A stretch of 64,000 nucleotides of DNA from Gammaproteobacteria bacterium (GTDB lineage: Bacteria; Pseudomonadota; Gammaproteobacteria; Eutrophobiales; Eutrophobiaceae), in NCBI GenBank assembly GCA_965222155.1, contig CBDCTH010000012.1, forward strand, positions 2,400,001-2,464,000, in the 5' to 3' direction. Below the pieces are notes generated by a model. That model saw only the letters and a list, made by a program, of their open reading frames with translations, was not told the origin of the DNA and did not search any database. Position 1 is the stretch's first letter; the number at the start of each line of letters is the position of its first letter. Below, in pieces: positions 31,016-39,904 of the stretch. Position numbers and translations under genes: made by a program.

Positions 31016-32041
31016 TCAGCGCGGTTTATACGGGATGACCGGTTGTCCATTTTCCAACCTGTAATGCCCCTCTGTCACTATGACGGTGTCCGGCGGCAGA
31101 TCCAGGGGCGTAGTTCGGCCCTGCTGTGCGTCGGGTATGGTATGGAACCTGGCTCTGCCGTTGTCATTGATAAAGATGCCGAAGTCATTGCCACGTCGTA
31201 CCAGTAACTTGGCAGAGACGTGGGGCTGGTTATCCCGCCAGATGAGCTTGCCGGCAGCTCCCGGCAGAGCCGGAGCGTTACTGAACAGGAGCCTGACTTC
31301 CCGGTTGCGGGTCTGTGTATTGACTGCCGGCGTTACCGTGCGTAATGTTACCGCATAGCGCTTTGCCGTATCTTCGAAATAGATCTCTTCTGCCTGTTCG
31401 ACTGGCGCAATGTCCCGAGCCGGGACCTGTGCCGAAATTTCCAGTTGTTCGATATCCATGATTTCCAGCAGTCTCGTCCCCACGTCGGCGAATTCTCCAA
31501 CTGCGGCCACCCGGCTGGTAATGACAGCCGTGTACGGGCTCTTGATGGTGCAGCGGGATATGTTGATTTCAGACTTCTCCAGTTCTGACACAACGCCGCG
31601 CCGCTGCGCGCGCAAAACAGCCAGGTCGGCTTCGCGCTGGTCCAGTAATTCCTCGGATGCAGTCTGCAGCCGATGCAGTTTCCTGGTTCTTGCCAGACGG
31701 CGTTCTGCCAGCCTGATACGGGACTCAAACGCTGCAATATTCGCTTCCACCTGTTGTTTGGCGATGCGGAAGTCGGTACAATCCAGCCTGACCAGCACAC
31801 TGCCTGTTTCGACGATCTCACCGACCTTAACGGAAATCTCCTCTATACGCGCTTTGATCTGCGCAGAGACAGACGTGTCATTCAGGCTGACGGCAGTCGC
31901 CGGTGCGGATTTCCAGAGATAGATCGCCACGTCCTTAATCAATGCGGTTTTCACCGGGATGGCATTTTGCGCGCCCGGCACGAGCGGAAAAACGAGAAGC
32001 AGGATTGACAGTAATGCCTTGGCGGAAAGTTTATTTACCAT
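31016..32041 (-). CDS. RND periplasmic adaptor (membrane fusion protein)
   Basis: Signal peptide and lipoyl half-motifs VKVGEIVETG / IKSPY...VGE flanking a coiled coil. Upstream of the RND permease. Confidence 0.9.
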   Translation of the reverse strand: MVNKLSAKALLSILLLVFPLVPGAQNAIPVKTALIKDVAIYLWKSAPATAVSLNDTSVSAQIKARIEEISVKVGEIVETGSVLVRLDCTDFRIAKQQVEANIAAFESRIRLAERRLARTRKLHRLQTASEELLDQREADLAVLRAQRRGVVSELEKSEINISRCTIKSPYTAVITSRVAAVGEFADVGTRLLEIMDIEQLEISAQVPARDIAPVEQAEEIYFEDTAKRYAVTLRTVTPAVNTQTRNREVRLLFSNAPALPGAAGKLIWRDNQPHVSAKLLVRRGNDFGIFINDNGRARFHTIPDAQQGRTTPLDLPPDTVIVTEGHYRLENGQPVIPYKPR

Positions 32042-32109
32042 AATACGTGTTAACGACAGCTGATCCTGTACCAGGGTTGTTCAGAGTTACAATGACTTCC
32101 GTTGATATT

Positions 32110-32246
32110 CAGCAGTTCCCGCTAACTCCCGGGATCCAGCCCCCTGTCTTCGCTGGAACCTGGAGACAGATTTAAATCTGTCCCCCCCGTCCCCCCTATC
32201 TTCGACTATAATCACTGTATTGACCTCAAGTTAGTGGGACTACCTG
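32110..32246. mobile_element. 137-bp MITE with a 9-bp target duplication
   Basis: Imperfect IRs CAGCAGTTCCCGCTAACT / AGTTAGTGGGACTACCTG. GTTGATATT is duplicated at 32101-32109 and 32247-32255. Internal palindrome GACAGATTTAAATCTGTC. Confidence 0.8.
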
Positions 32247-32303
32247 GTTGATATTAACGCCGCCTGGGAAGGTGTCTGCCAACTTTGAAAAATCTGCCGG
32301 TTA

Positions 32304-33521
32304 TCATAGCAGTTCCTTTATGGGTGTGCCTGTGTCAGCCAGTCTTGTTTTATCCACTTTCTTTTGCATCGGGATCAGTTTCCTGGTGAACATGAACTCC
32401 TGGGGTTTGTTTACCGCGTCAACAGCAATCACCCGGCCCGCTCTCAGGTAGAATGCCGCAAAGCTGCGGCCGTTGCCCGGGTTGCCCCGGGTGATGATTT
32501 CATCGTAATCCTGAGACAGGCCGGCGATCTGCAACATCAGGTCGTATTGTTCGGACCAGAACCAGGGAACGGCATTATAGCTTATTTCCTTGCCGCAGGC
32601 GGCGCCGGCGATGACCCTGGACTGGTCCGTGGCATTCTGTACCGATTCGAGCCGGATCCAGCGATCATAAACCGGGTTGTGGTGGAAAGTGCAATCACCG
32701 GCAGCGAAAATATCCGGGTCCGACGTTTGCGCCCGGGCATTGACTACGATGCCGTTTTCGACCTGCAGCCCTGCCGCCTCTGCCAGTTCAGTGTTCGGCA
32801 ATATGCCAACGCCTATGATGACGAGGTCGGCAGCGAATTCACTCCCGTCACTGCACAGGACTTTGCTAACCCTGCCGTTGCCTTTGAAACCGGTCACGCC
32901 GATACCGCAACGAATACTGACGCCTTCTTCCTGGTGTATGCGGGTATAGAATTCCGATAGCACAGGGGCTGTTACCCGTTGTAATACCCGCTCCATCATC
33001 TCCAGCACCGTCACGTTCATTCCTTTTCCGTTCAGCACCGCCGCCGTCTCAAGACCGATGTAACCACCACCGACGATCACGGCGTTTGCCCCCGGGCTGA
33101 TGTGCGCACTTATACGATCGACGTCCTTCAGGTCGCGCAGGTAGAATACGCCGTCAAGGTCTACTCCCGGCAAATTCACCTTTCTGACTTTTGACCCGAC
33201 GGTTAACGCCAGTTTGTCATAGGACAGGGTTTCGTTATTACTCAGCCGTATCGTCTTGTTGTCCCTGTTGATGGACTCGACACGAGTATCGAGAATGAAT
33301 TCAACTTCTGATTTCTCATAGACCTTGGCCGGACGGATCAATATCTCATCCAGGGTTTTCGCGCCGGCCAGAAAGTCTTTCGACAAGGGCGGGCGGTGAT
33401 ACGGTATGGAGGCTTCAGCGCCGACAACGATAATCCGCCCCTGCCAACCCTGTTGACGCAAACCTGGCGCCAACATGGCCGCGGCATGGCTGGCGCCGAC
33501 GATTACGAAAGTTTCACTCAT
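32304..33521 (-). CDS. FAD/NADH ferredoxin reductase (putidaredoxin-reductase-like)
   Basis: PYHRPPLSK, GGGYIGLE, TSDPDIFAAGD, RLESVQNA and PWFWSEQY. Confidence 0.92.
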   Translation of the reverse strand: MSETFVIVGASHAAAMLAPGLRQQGWQGRIIVVGAEASIPYHRPPLSKDFLAGAKTLDEILIRPAKVYEKSEVEFILDTRVESINRDNKTIRLSNNETLSYDKLALTVGSKVRKVNLPGVDLDGVFYLRDLKDVDRISAHISPGANAVIVGGGYIGLETAAVLNGKGMNVTVLEMMERVLQRVTAPVLSEFYTRIHQEEGVSIRCGIGVTGFKGNGRVSKVLCSDGSEFAADLVIIGVGILPNTELAEAAGLQVENGIVVNARAQTSDPDIFAAGDCTFHHNPVYDRWIRLESVQNATDQSRVIAGAACGKEISYNAVPWFWSEQYDLMLQIAGLSQDYDEIITRGNPGNGRSFAAFYLRAGRVIAVDAVNKPQEFMFTRKLIPMQKKVDKTRLADTGTPIKELL

Positions 33522-33592
33522 TCTTGTTTTTCCTCAATGTTTAAAATTGGGCACAGGCCGGAATCCCCCCCCGCCGCTATTCCGACGATAGC

Positions 33593-33726
33593 CCCCCGTC
33601 GTCATTTGCGAAAGTTTACCCCTGTATGCTGTTGAGCAGGGGCAGGAATCCAGTGAAACAATGAGTCGCTTTCAGCGACACGATAATTGACTGGATGCCG
33701 GGTCAAGCCCGGCATGACGACGGGGG
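33593..33726. repeat. Composite palindromic repeat (GTCAT...AATCCAG / CTGGAT...ATGAC type)
   Basis: Outer arms CCCCCGTCGTCAT and ATGACGACGGGGG, with inner units related to 591-620 and 44843-44940. Confidence 0.7.
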
Positions 33727-33765
33727 TAACCGCCATCATTCCGGACCATGTCGAAACTACCATAT

Positions 33766-35052
33766 TCAACGGCATAGTCTACTCACTACATGATAAATTG
33801 CATCCGTCAATTGAGTCAGTTCGTCCGCGTCTATGACATAAGGCGGCATGATGTATATCAAGCGGCCGAATGGTCTGACCCAGACTCCCTGTTCCACAAA
33901 CCAGTGAGGGACAACGTGCATGTCCACCGGCTTGTCAAGCTCCACCACGCCGATTGCGCCCAGCACTCTTACATCTACCACGTTTTCCAGTTCCCTGCAC
34001 ACGGCCAGTTCAGTTTGAAGCTGTCTTTGTATACTGTTGACCCGATCCTGCCAGCCGGTTTGTTCCAGCAGGCTGATACTCGCCGATGCCACAGAACAGG
34101 CCAGCGGGTTCGCCATAAAGGTGGGACCGTGCATGAATATACCTTCACCTCCCGCGGAGATGGTGTCGGCAACACGCGCAGTCGTCAGTGTGGCCGCCAG
34201 GGTCATGTACCCCCCCGTCAGCGCCTTGCCCAGGCACATGATATCAGGCGTGACCCGGTTGTGTTCGCAGGCGAATAGCTTGCCGGTCCTGCCAAACCCG
34301 GTGGCAATTTCGTCGAAAATCAACAGCAGGTCGTACCGGTCACAGATTTCCCTGACTTTATTCAGGTACACAGGCGAGTAAAACCACATGCCCCCGGCCC
34401 CCTGTACGACCGGTTCCAATATTATCGCAGCGATTTCATCATGGTGACTTTCAGCCAGCGTTTTCAGGGATGCTATATCATCGTCGCACCATTTCTCACC
34501 AAAGCGGATCCTGGGAGCGTCGGCAAAGTAATGGCAGGGCAGGACGTCCTTGAACAGCGAGTGCATACCGGTCACCGGATCACAAACCGCCATGGCGCCG
34601 AAGGTATCGCCATGATAACCTTGGCGTATGGTCAGTAGCTTTTGCTTGTCCGGGCACCCTTTAGCCGCCCAGTATTGAAGCGCCATCTTGATGCCGACTT
34701 CCACGGAGACCGAACCGGAATCGGCAAAGAAGACGGTCTGCAATTCACACGGGGTGATTTCGACCAGCTTCTGCGCCAACCTGATTGCAGGCTCATGAGT
34801 CAGACCGCCGAACATGACATGGGCCATAGCCTGTATCTGCGTGCTGAGGGCCCCATTTAAAACCGGGTGATTGTACCCGTGGATGGCGCACCACCAGGAG
34901 GCCATGCCATCGATCAATTCCCGGCCGTCCGCCAGCGTGAGCTTCACGCCGCGGGCCGAGGCAACGGGAAACACCGGCGGCGGGTCTACCATGGACGTAT
35001 AGGGGTGCCAGAGCAGCGGCCTGTCAGCTTCAATCAGGGTGTTATAACTCAT
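33766..35052 (-). CDS. bioA: Adenosylmethionine-8-amino-7-oxononanoate transaminase
   Basis: [29 protein letters not shown] and HGPTFMANP. Confidence 0.97.
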   Translation of the reverse strand: MSYNTLIEADRPLLWHPYTSMVDPPPVFPVASARGVKLTLADGRELIDGMASWWCAIHGYNHPVLNGALSTQIQAMAHVMFGGLTHEPAIRLAQKLVEITPCELQTVFFADSGSVSVEVGIKMALQYWAAKGCPDKQKLLTIRQGYHGDTFGAMAVCDPVTGMHSLFKDVLPCHYFADAPRIRFGEKWCDDDIASLKTLAESHHDEIAAIILEPVVQGAGGMWFYSPVYLNKVREICDRYDLLLIFDEIATGFGRTGKLFACEHNRVTPDIMCLGKALTGGYMTLAATLTTARVADTISAGGEGIFMHGPTFMANPLACSVASASISLLEQTGWQDRVNSIQRQLQTELAVCRELENVVDVRVLGAIGVVELDKPVDMHVVPHWFVEQGVWVRPFGRLIYIMPPYVIDADELTQLTDAIYHVVSRLCR

Positions 35053-35124
35053 TACGATGCCGTAATATTCCAGTACTGATGTGTAGTATCAATGCACAAT
35101 ATACACTGACTGGCAGCACAAACC

Positions 35125-35487
35125 ATGTGTGAACCGCTTGCGCCTTGTCCTTATCCTTTTACCTGCGTCTGCAGTAGAGATGATGCAGCGTTTCGTCATC
35201 GCATCGAACCACTCGCCGTGCAGGGGGATCCTGTTGTCACCTTCAACCGGCTGAAGAAGCTGTTGGCCCGTGCGGAGCGAACCGTCATCGTCACTTCAAC
35301 GGATGATTATGTCCATGCCGTCTGCACAACCCGGCTTGGGTACATTGACGACCTGAAGTTCCGCCTGTGCCATGCAAAGGGTGTGATCCATGTCCGCTCC
35401 GCGGCGCGGACGTGGCACGCCTTATACGACTTCGGTGTTAACCGGGAGCGCGTCGAGGCGCTTCGCCGCCAGCTGCAAAGCATATAG
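35125..35487 (+). CDS. DUF1499 family protein
   Basis: LAPCP...CVCS, YIDDL, IHVRSAAR and DFGVNRERVE. Confidence 0.8.
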   Translation: MCEPLAPCPYPFTCVCSRDDAAFRHRIEPLAVQGDPVVTFNRLKKLLARAERTVIVTSTDDYVHAVCTTRLGYIDDLKFRLCHAKGVIHVRSAARTWHALYDFGVNRERVEALRRQLQSI

Positions 35488-35496
35488 CCTGGAGGT

Positions 35497-37140
35497 TCAA
35501 TAACCCGCTGCCTGTCCGTCCTTGCGGGATTCCGAGGCGCCGTGGTAAACGCCGTTATCAGCTCTCATGATAGCCTGATACCCGCCGAAACCGTCCTCAG
35601 TCCGCTGTACATGGTGACCGCGCTTGGCCAGGTTTTTTACCACCTGGTCGGGAAATCCTCTCTCCAGCATGACAACTCCGCCGTCTGTGAGGTAATCACC
35701 CATGTCCGCCGTTGGTTCGGTTGAACCGTTATGGCGCCAGCGCGGCGCATCTCCCGCCAGTTGTACGTCCATGCCGAAATCAATGATATTGGTCAACACC
35801 TGCACGTGACCTTGGGGTTGCATATCACCACCCATGACGCCGAAACTCATGAAGGGTTTATCATCTTTCATAACAAAAGCGGGAATGATGGTGTGGAATG
35901 GTCGTTTCCCGGGCGCGTAGGCGTTGGCATGGGATTGATCCATGGAAAACATCAGCCCGCGGTTTTGCAGGGCAAAGCCGGTCCCAGGTATGACGATGCC
36001 GGAACCGAAATAGTGGTAGACGCTCTGAATCAACGATACCATGTTGCCTGCGGAGTCTGCCGTCGTCAGATAAATGGTGTCACCATCCCGCAAAATCTTC
36101 TCTCCGGCCCTGACATTGACAGCGGCGCTGTCTTTTATCAGGGAACGTCTTTTTTTGTTGTATTTCCCGCTGAGTAGGCGTCTAGTCTGCGCTTCGCTGA
36201 AATCCGGATCCGCGTAAAATTTCGCCCGGTCTTCGAACACCAGCTTTTTTGCCTCCAGCATCAGGTGCAGGCAATCCACGTTCATAAATCCCATGGCGGT
36301 GAGGTTATCGTCTTCAAGCATCTTCAACATCTGCAAGGCGGCGATGCCCTGACCGCTGGGGGGTAGTTCAAACACGTCATAACCCCGGTATTTCACGGCT
36401 ACCGGCGTTATCCAGTCGGACCGATGTGCTTGCAGGTCAGCGTGATCGATGTAACCGTCGTTATTTTTCATGAAGTCTACGATCCGCTCGGCCAGTTCAC
36501 CCTGGTAAAACGCTTTATTGCCGGCATCCGCAACCAGCCGGTATGAACGGGCCAGGTCCCGGTTGATAAAAATCTCGCCGGTAGATGGAGCCTGACCTCC
36601 CGGTGCGTAAACGGAATGGAACACGCCCGGCAGGGTTTTCGGTATTTCTGCCGCCGCGCCCTGCCATTGACCGGCGATAACGGGAGAGACGGGAAATCCG
36701 CTTTCTGCGTAATGGATTGCGGGCGCCAGTAATTCGGGAAACGACAGTTTGCCGAACCTGTCATGCAACGTAGTCCAGCCATGTACTGCGCCCGGAACGG
36801 ATACCGACAGGATGCTGTTGTACGGAATGAGATTTGTACCGAGTTTTCGTAAGTGTCCGGACAATTTTCCGTGATCGAGTGATTTGGGAGAACGCCCGCT
36901 GGCATTGAGGCCGTGCAGTTGCCGGTCTTTCGCATCCCAGACGATGGCAAACAAATCGCCGCCCATGCCACACATATGGGGTTCCATCAGTCCCAGAGCG
37001 GCGTTGGTCGCGATAGCTGCATCCACCGCGCTGCCACCTTTTTTCAGGATGGATAAGCCGACGTCAGTGGCAACAGGATGGCTGCTGGCTACCATGCCGG
37101 TGTCGGTGATCACCGCAGAACGGCTGCTTGTTATCTTCAT
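35497..37140 (-). CDS. ggt: Gamma-glutamyltransferase
   Basis: GGSAVDAAIA, nucleophile GDTIY, LQNRG, KRPFHTIIP and GVMGGDMQPQGH. No signal peptide evident. Confidence 0.93.
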   Translation of the reverse strand: MKITSSRSAVITDTGMVASSHPVATDVGLSILKKGGSAVDAAIATNAALGLMEPHMCGMGGDLFAIVWDAKDRQLHGLNASGRSPKSLDHGKLSGHLRKLGTNLIPYNSILSVSVPGAVHGWTTLHDRFGKLSFPELLAPAIHYAESGFPVSPVIAGQWQGAAAEIPKTLPGVFHSVYAPGGQAPSTGEIFINRDLARSYRLVADAGNKAFYQGELAERIVDFMKNNDGYIDHADLQAHRSDWITPVAVKYRGYDVFELPPSGQGIAALQMLKMLEDDNLTAMGFMNVDCLHLMLEAKKLVFEDRAKFYADPDFSEAQTRRLLSGKYNKKRRSLIKDSAAVNVRAGEKILRDGDTIYLTTADSAGNMVSLIQSVYHYFGSGIVIPGTGFALQNRGLMFSMDQSHANAYAPGKRPFHTIIPAFVMKDDKPFMSFGVMGGDMQPQGHVQVLTNIIDFGMDVQLAGDAPRWRHNGSTEPTADMGDYLTDGGVVMLERGFPDQVVKNLAKRGHHVQRTEDGFGGYQAIMRADNGVYHGASESRKDGQAAGY

Positions 37141-37167
37141 GTTCCCGGTTCACTCAGTTGAGGTTAA

Positions 37168-37343
37168 ATCCGCAGATAACGCAGATTATCGCAGATGAAA
37201 GATAATCTTTTTGTTTTTCTCTGTGTACTCTGTGCTCTCTGTGGTTTTCATGTTTGTCTGTTTAACCGCAGAGGCCACAGAGAACACGGAGTTAAATAAT
37301 TTTTTATCTGCATTCATCTGCGTCATCTGCGTCATCTGCGGAT
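37168..37343. repeat. Nested inverted arrays of short periodic repeats
   Basis: (GCAGAT)x3, (CTCTGTG)x3, (C-AGAG)x3, (ATCTGC)x4 in an A-B-B'-A' arrangement. Confidence 0.75.
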
Positions 37344-37435
37344 AATTATACACCTGAACTCCCGTTGAATTGAAACGGCTTGCCAGTTGCCTGTCATTTC
37401 ATCAATATGTCGGGCGTAGATGGAAACAGCATTAC

Positions 37436-38353
37436 ATGGGCAATCACATCATAAAAGCCAAAAACCTGAAAAAATCCTTTAATGGCGAATTTGTCGTCAA
37501 GGGAATAGATTTACAGGTTCCTTCCGGTGGTTGTTTCGGCTTGCTGGGTCCCAACGGCGCCGGCAAGACGACCACGCTGAGGATGATCCTGGGCCAATCC
37601 CCCCTGACTGAGGGCAGCCTGGAAGTCATGGGGCTGGATGTGCCGACACATGCCCGCCGGATACGCAGAGACATTGGCGTAGTCCCGCAACTGGATAATC
37701 TTGATCCCGATTTTACCGTAGCGGAAAACCTGAAAGTCTATGCCGGATTCTTCAATCTCAAGGGGCCTGAGTTGAATAAACGGATCGGGGAGCTATTGAA
37801 ATTCGTCGAGCTGAGTGAAAAAGCGCATGTCCGCATCAATCAACTGTCAGGTGGAATGAAGCGGCGTCTCAGCATTGCCCGGGCCCTGGTGAATAACCCC
37901 AGGTTATTGGTATTGGATGAACCAACGACCGGACTGGATCCCCAGGTCAGGCACCTGATCTGGGGCCGGTTGCGGGAATTGAAAACTTCAGGCACGACCT
38001 TATTACTGACCACGCATTTTATGGAAGAGGCGGAACGCCTGTGTGATGATATCGTTATCATGGACCACGGCGTTATCCTGAGTCAGGGACATCCGAAACA
38101 GTTAATCAAGGAACACGTGGAACCCGAGGTAGTGGAAATACACGGTGAAATGGATGCGCTCCCCGGCATATTGACGGAGACGGATTTATACAGGGCGGAG
38201 ATAGTGGGAGAGACGATCTATTATTTTACCAACTCCCCGGGAGAAATAATCCGGCGGGTTGAAGACAAGCCGAATGTGCACTACCTGCATCGTCCCGCCA
38301 ACCTGGAAGACGTGTTCCTGCGCCTGACCGGCAGGGAGTTAAGAGAATTATGA
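37436..38353 (+). CDS. nodI: ABC-2 exporter ATPase, NodI-like
   Basis: GPNGAGKTT, VPQLDNLDPDF, LSGGMKRR and LDEPTTGLDPQ. Confidence 0.85.
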   Translation: MGNHIIKAKNLKKSFNGEFVVKGIDLQVPSGGCFGLLGPNGAGKTTTLRMILGQSPLTEGSLEVMGLDVPTHARRIRRDIGVVPQLDNLDPDFTVAENLKVYAGFFNLKGPELNKRIGELLKFVELSEKAHVRINQLSGGMKRRLSIARALVNNPRLLVLDEPTTGLDPQVRHLIWGRLRELKTSGTTLLLTTHFMEEAERLCDDIVIMDHGVILSQGHPKQLIKEHVEPEVVEIHGEMDALPGILTETDLYRAEIVGETIYYFTNSPGEIIRRVEDKPNVHYLHRPANLEDVFLRLTGRELREL

Positions 38354-39129
38354 TCGACCGGCGTCTTCCCCGGATGGGGCTCGGCATGTTCCACGTCTGG
38401 CGCCGCAACCTGCTGGTTTGGAAAAAATTGGTTGTTCCCAGCTTATTGCTGAACTTCGGCGAACCGTTTCTGTACCTCCTCGGGCTGGGCCTCGGACTGG
38501 GCAGATTTGTCGGCGAACTGGGCGGCTTGCCTTACCTGACTTTCCTCGCCACCGGCCTCATTGCCTCATCTTCCATGAATACAGCGACGTTCGAAGGCAT
38601 GTTTTCAGTTTACACGCGCATGGTCCCGCAACAGACCTATGAGGGTATGCTGGCCACGCCCCTGGAAGTCGACGACATCGTAGCCGGTGAGATGCTGTGG
38701 TGTGCAACCAAGGGGTTATTCAGCAGTTCGGCTATCTTGCTGGTGGCCTCCCTGCTCGGCGCAATCACCCACTGGCAGGCTATATTGTGTATCCCGCTGT
38801 TCTTTTTAACGGGTTTGTGTTTTGCCGGGCCAGCCATCATGGTCGCCTCATTCTCCCGCTCTTATGATTTCTTCAATTACTACGTCACCCTGGTATTGAC
38901 CCCCATGTTCATCTTCTGCGGGGTATTCTATCCTGTTGCCACACTACCCGATTTTGCCCAGTCCCTGGTGAAGTTATTACCGCTCAGCCATGCCATCGCC
39001 GTGATCCGTCCCCTGGCTGCAGGACAAGAATTATCCCAGGTCATGCTTCACCTCTCCGTTCTGCTTTCGTTTGCCCTGATCAGCTTTTATTGGGCAGTCG
39101 TGTTGGTGCGCAGACGGTTGATTCAGTAG
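38350..39129 (+). CDS. nodJ: ABC-2 permease, NodJ-like
   Basis: VWRRNLLVWKK...EPFLYL, hydrophobic. ATGA overlap with the ATPase gene. Confidence 0.85.
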   Translation: MIDRRLPRMGLGMFHVWRRNLLVWKKLVVPSLLLNFGEPFLYLLGLGLGLGRFVGELGGLPYLTFLATGLIASSSMNTATFEGMFSVYTRMVPQQTYEGMLATPLEVDDIVAGEMLWCATKGLFSSSAILLVASLLGAITHWQAILCIPLFFLTGLCFAGPAIMVASFSRSYDFFNYYVTLVLTPMFIFCGVFYPVATLPDFAQSLVKLLPLSHAIAVIRPLAAGQELSQVMLHLSVLLSFALISFYWAVVLVRRRLIQ

Positions 39130-39440
39130 TGGTATAGCTGTCCACCCGCTTACTTATTGCGGACGTCATGGCAGCTCGTCGCAATGATAACTTCTATAAG
39201 AAATATTTATCAGGCAACTATGGAGCAATCCCACATATCGGATGAGAAGGAACTATCGACAAAGACCACAGGATTCTGATAGAGCCCAAAAAGCACTCCT
39301 GAAAGCCTGGCCGGAGTACGGCAAACCGATGACAGGAAAAAAGTTAAGTCGACGCATCGGAATAGAAGAAGTCAGGCAGGCAATGTCTGTCGAGCCGGAA
39401 TTGAAGGCCTTTTTGCAAACCATCGGCTTGGTCTGATGAT

Positions 39441-39863
39441 TCACAGACGGGGGCGCCATGCCCCTCTGCTAGGTTCTGCGTTCCTTAACGGACAGGTGTA
39501 GGGCTTCTCTGAGTTGTTTAGATATTGGATGTCTTCATCATCCATTTTGGCAACAGCTTGTTGCCAAAACTCAAGTTTTGAATAGGCAGTATAAAATTGT
39601 TTCATATTTCGCAGATTACGTGGGGAAAAGCCGGCCACTGCAGGGAATGCTGTACTTAAGTCACGTGACAGGTGATTTATAACCGATTGGGCCCAGCCCA
39701 ATGCTTTCTACTTCTCGACAATCCCGCGTCCGATGTCCTAATACAACAGAATCAATTCGCTGTTTACAGACCGCGCCGCTGAAAATTGCGCCGATAGGAT
39801 ACGGGATTTTATTTCTCCCAGCCAAGCCGAGTAGTCAGACGATATCGCGAATGTGTCAGTCAT
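39441..39863 (-). pseudogene. DUF1016/YhcG N-terminal remnant
   Basis: YSAWLGEIKSRI...VNSELILLY*DIG...EK*KALGW...GFSPRNLRNMKQFY, with two in-frame TAG codons. The nuclease half is missing. Confidence 0.8.
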
Positions 39864-39904
39864 TTGTTACTCCTAATCCGTCAGATGTGTAATTCCTGTC
39901 CGCG

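Noticed and set aside
37168-37343. CRISPR array
   Set aside because: The units are about 9-10 bp, inverted, lack unique spacers, and no cas genes are present.
37436-39129. Nod factor biosynthesis
   Set aside because: No nodABC is present, and NodIJ-like exporters are common in non-rhizobia.
39242-39436. 64-aa ORF after nodJ
   Set aside because: It looks like a C-terminal gene fragment, but I could not assign a family with confidence.
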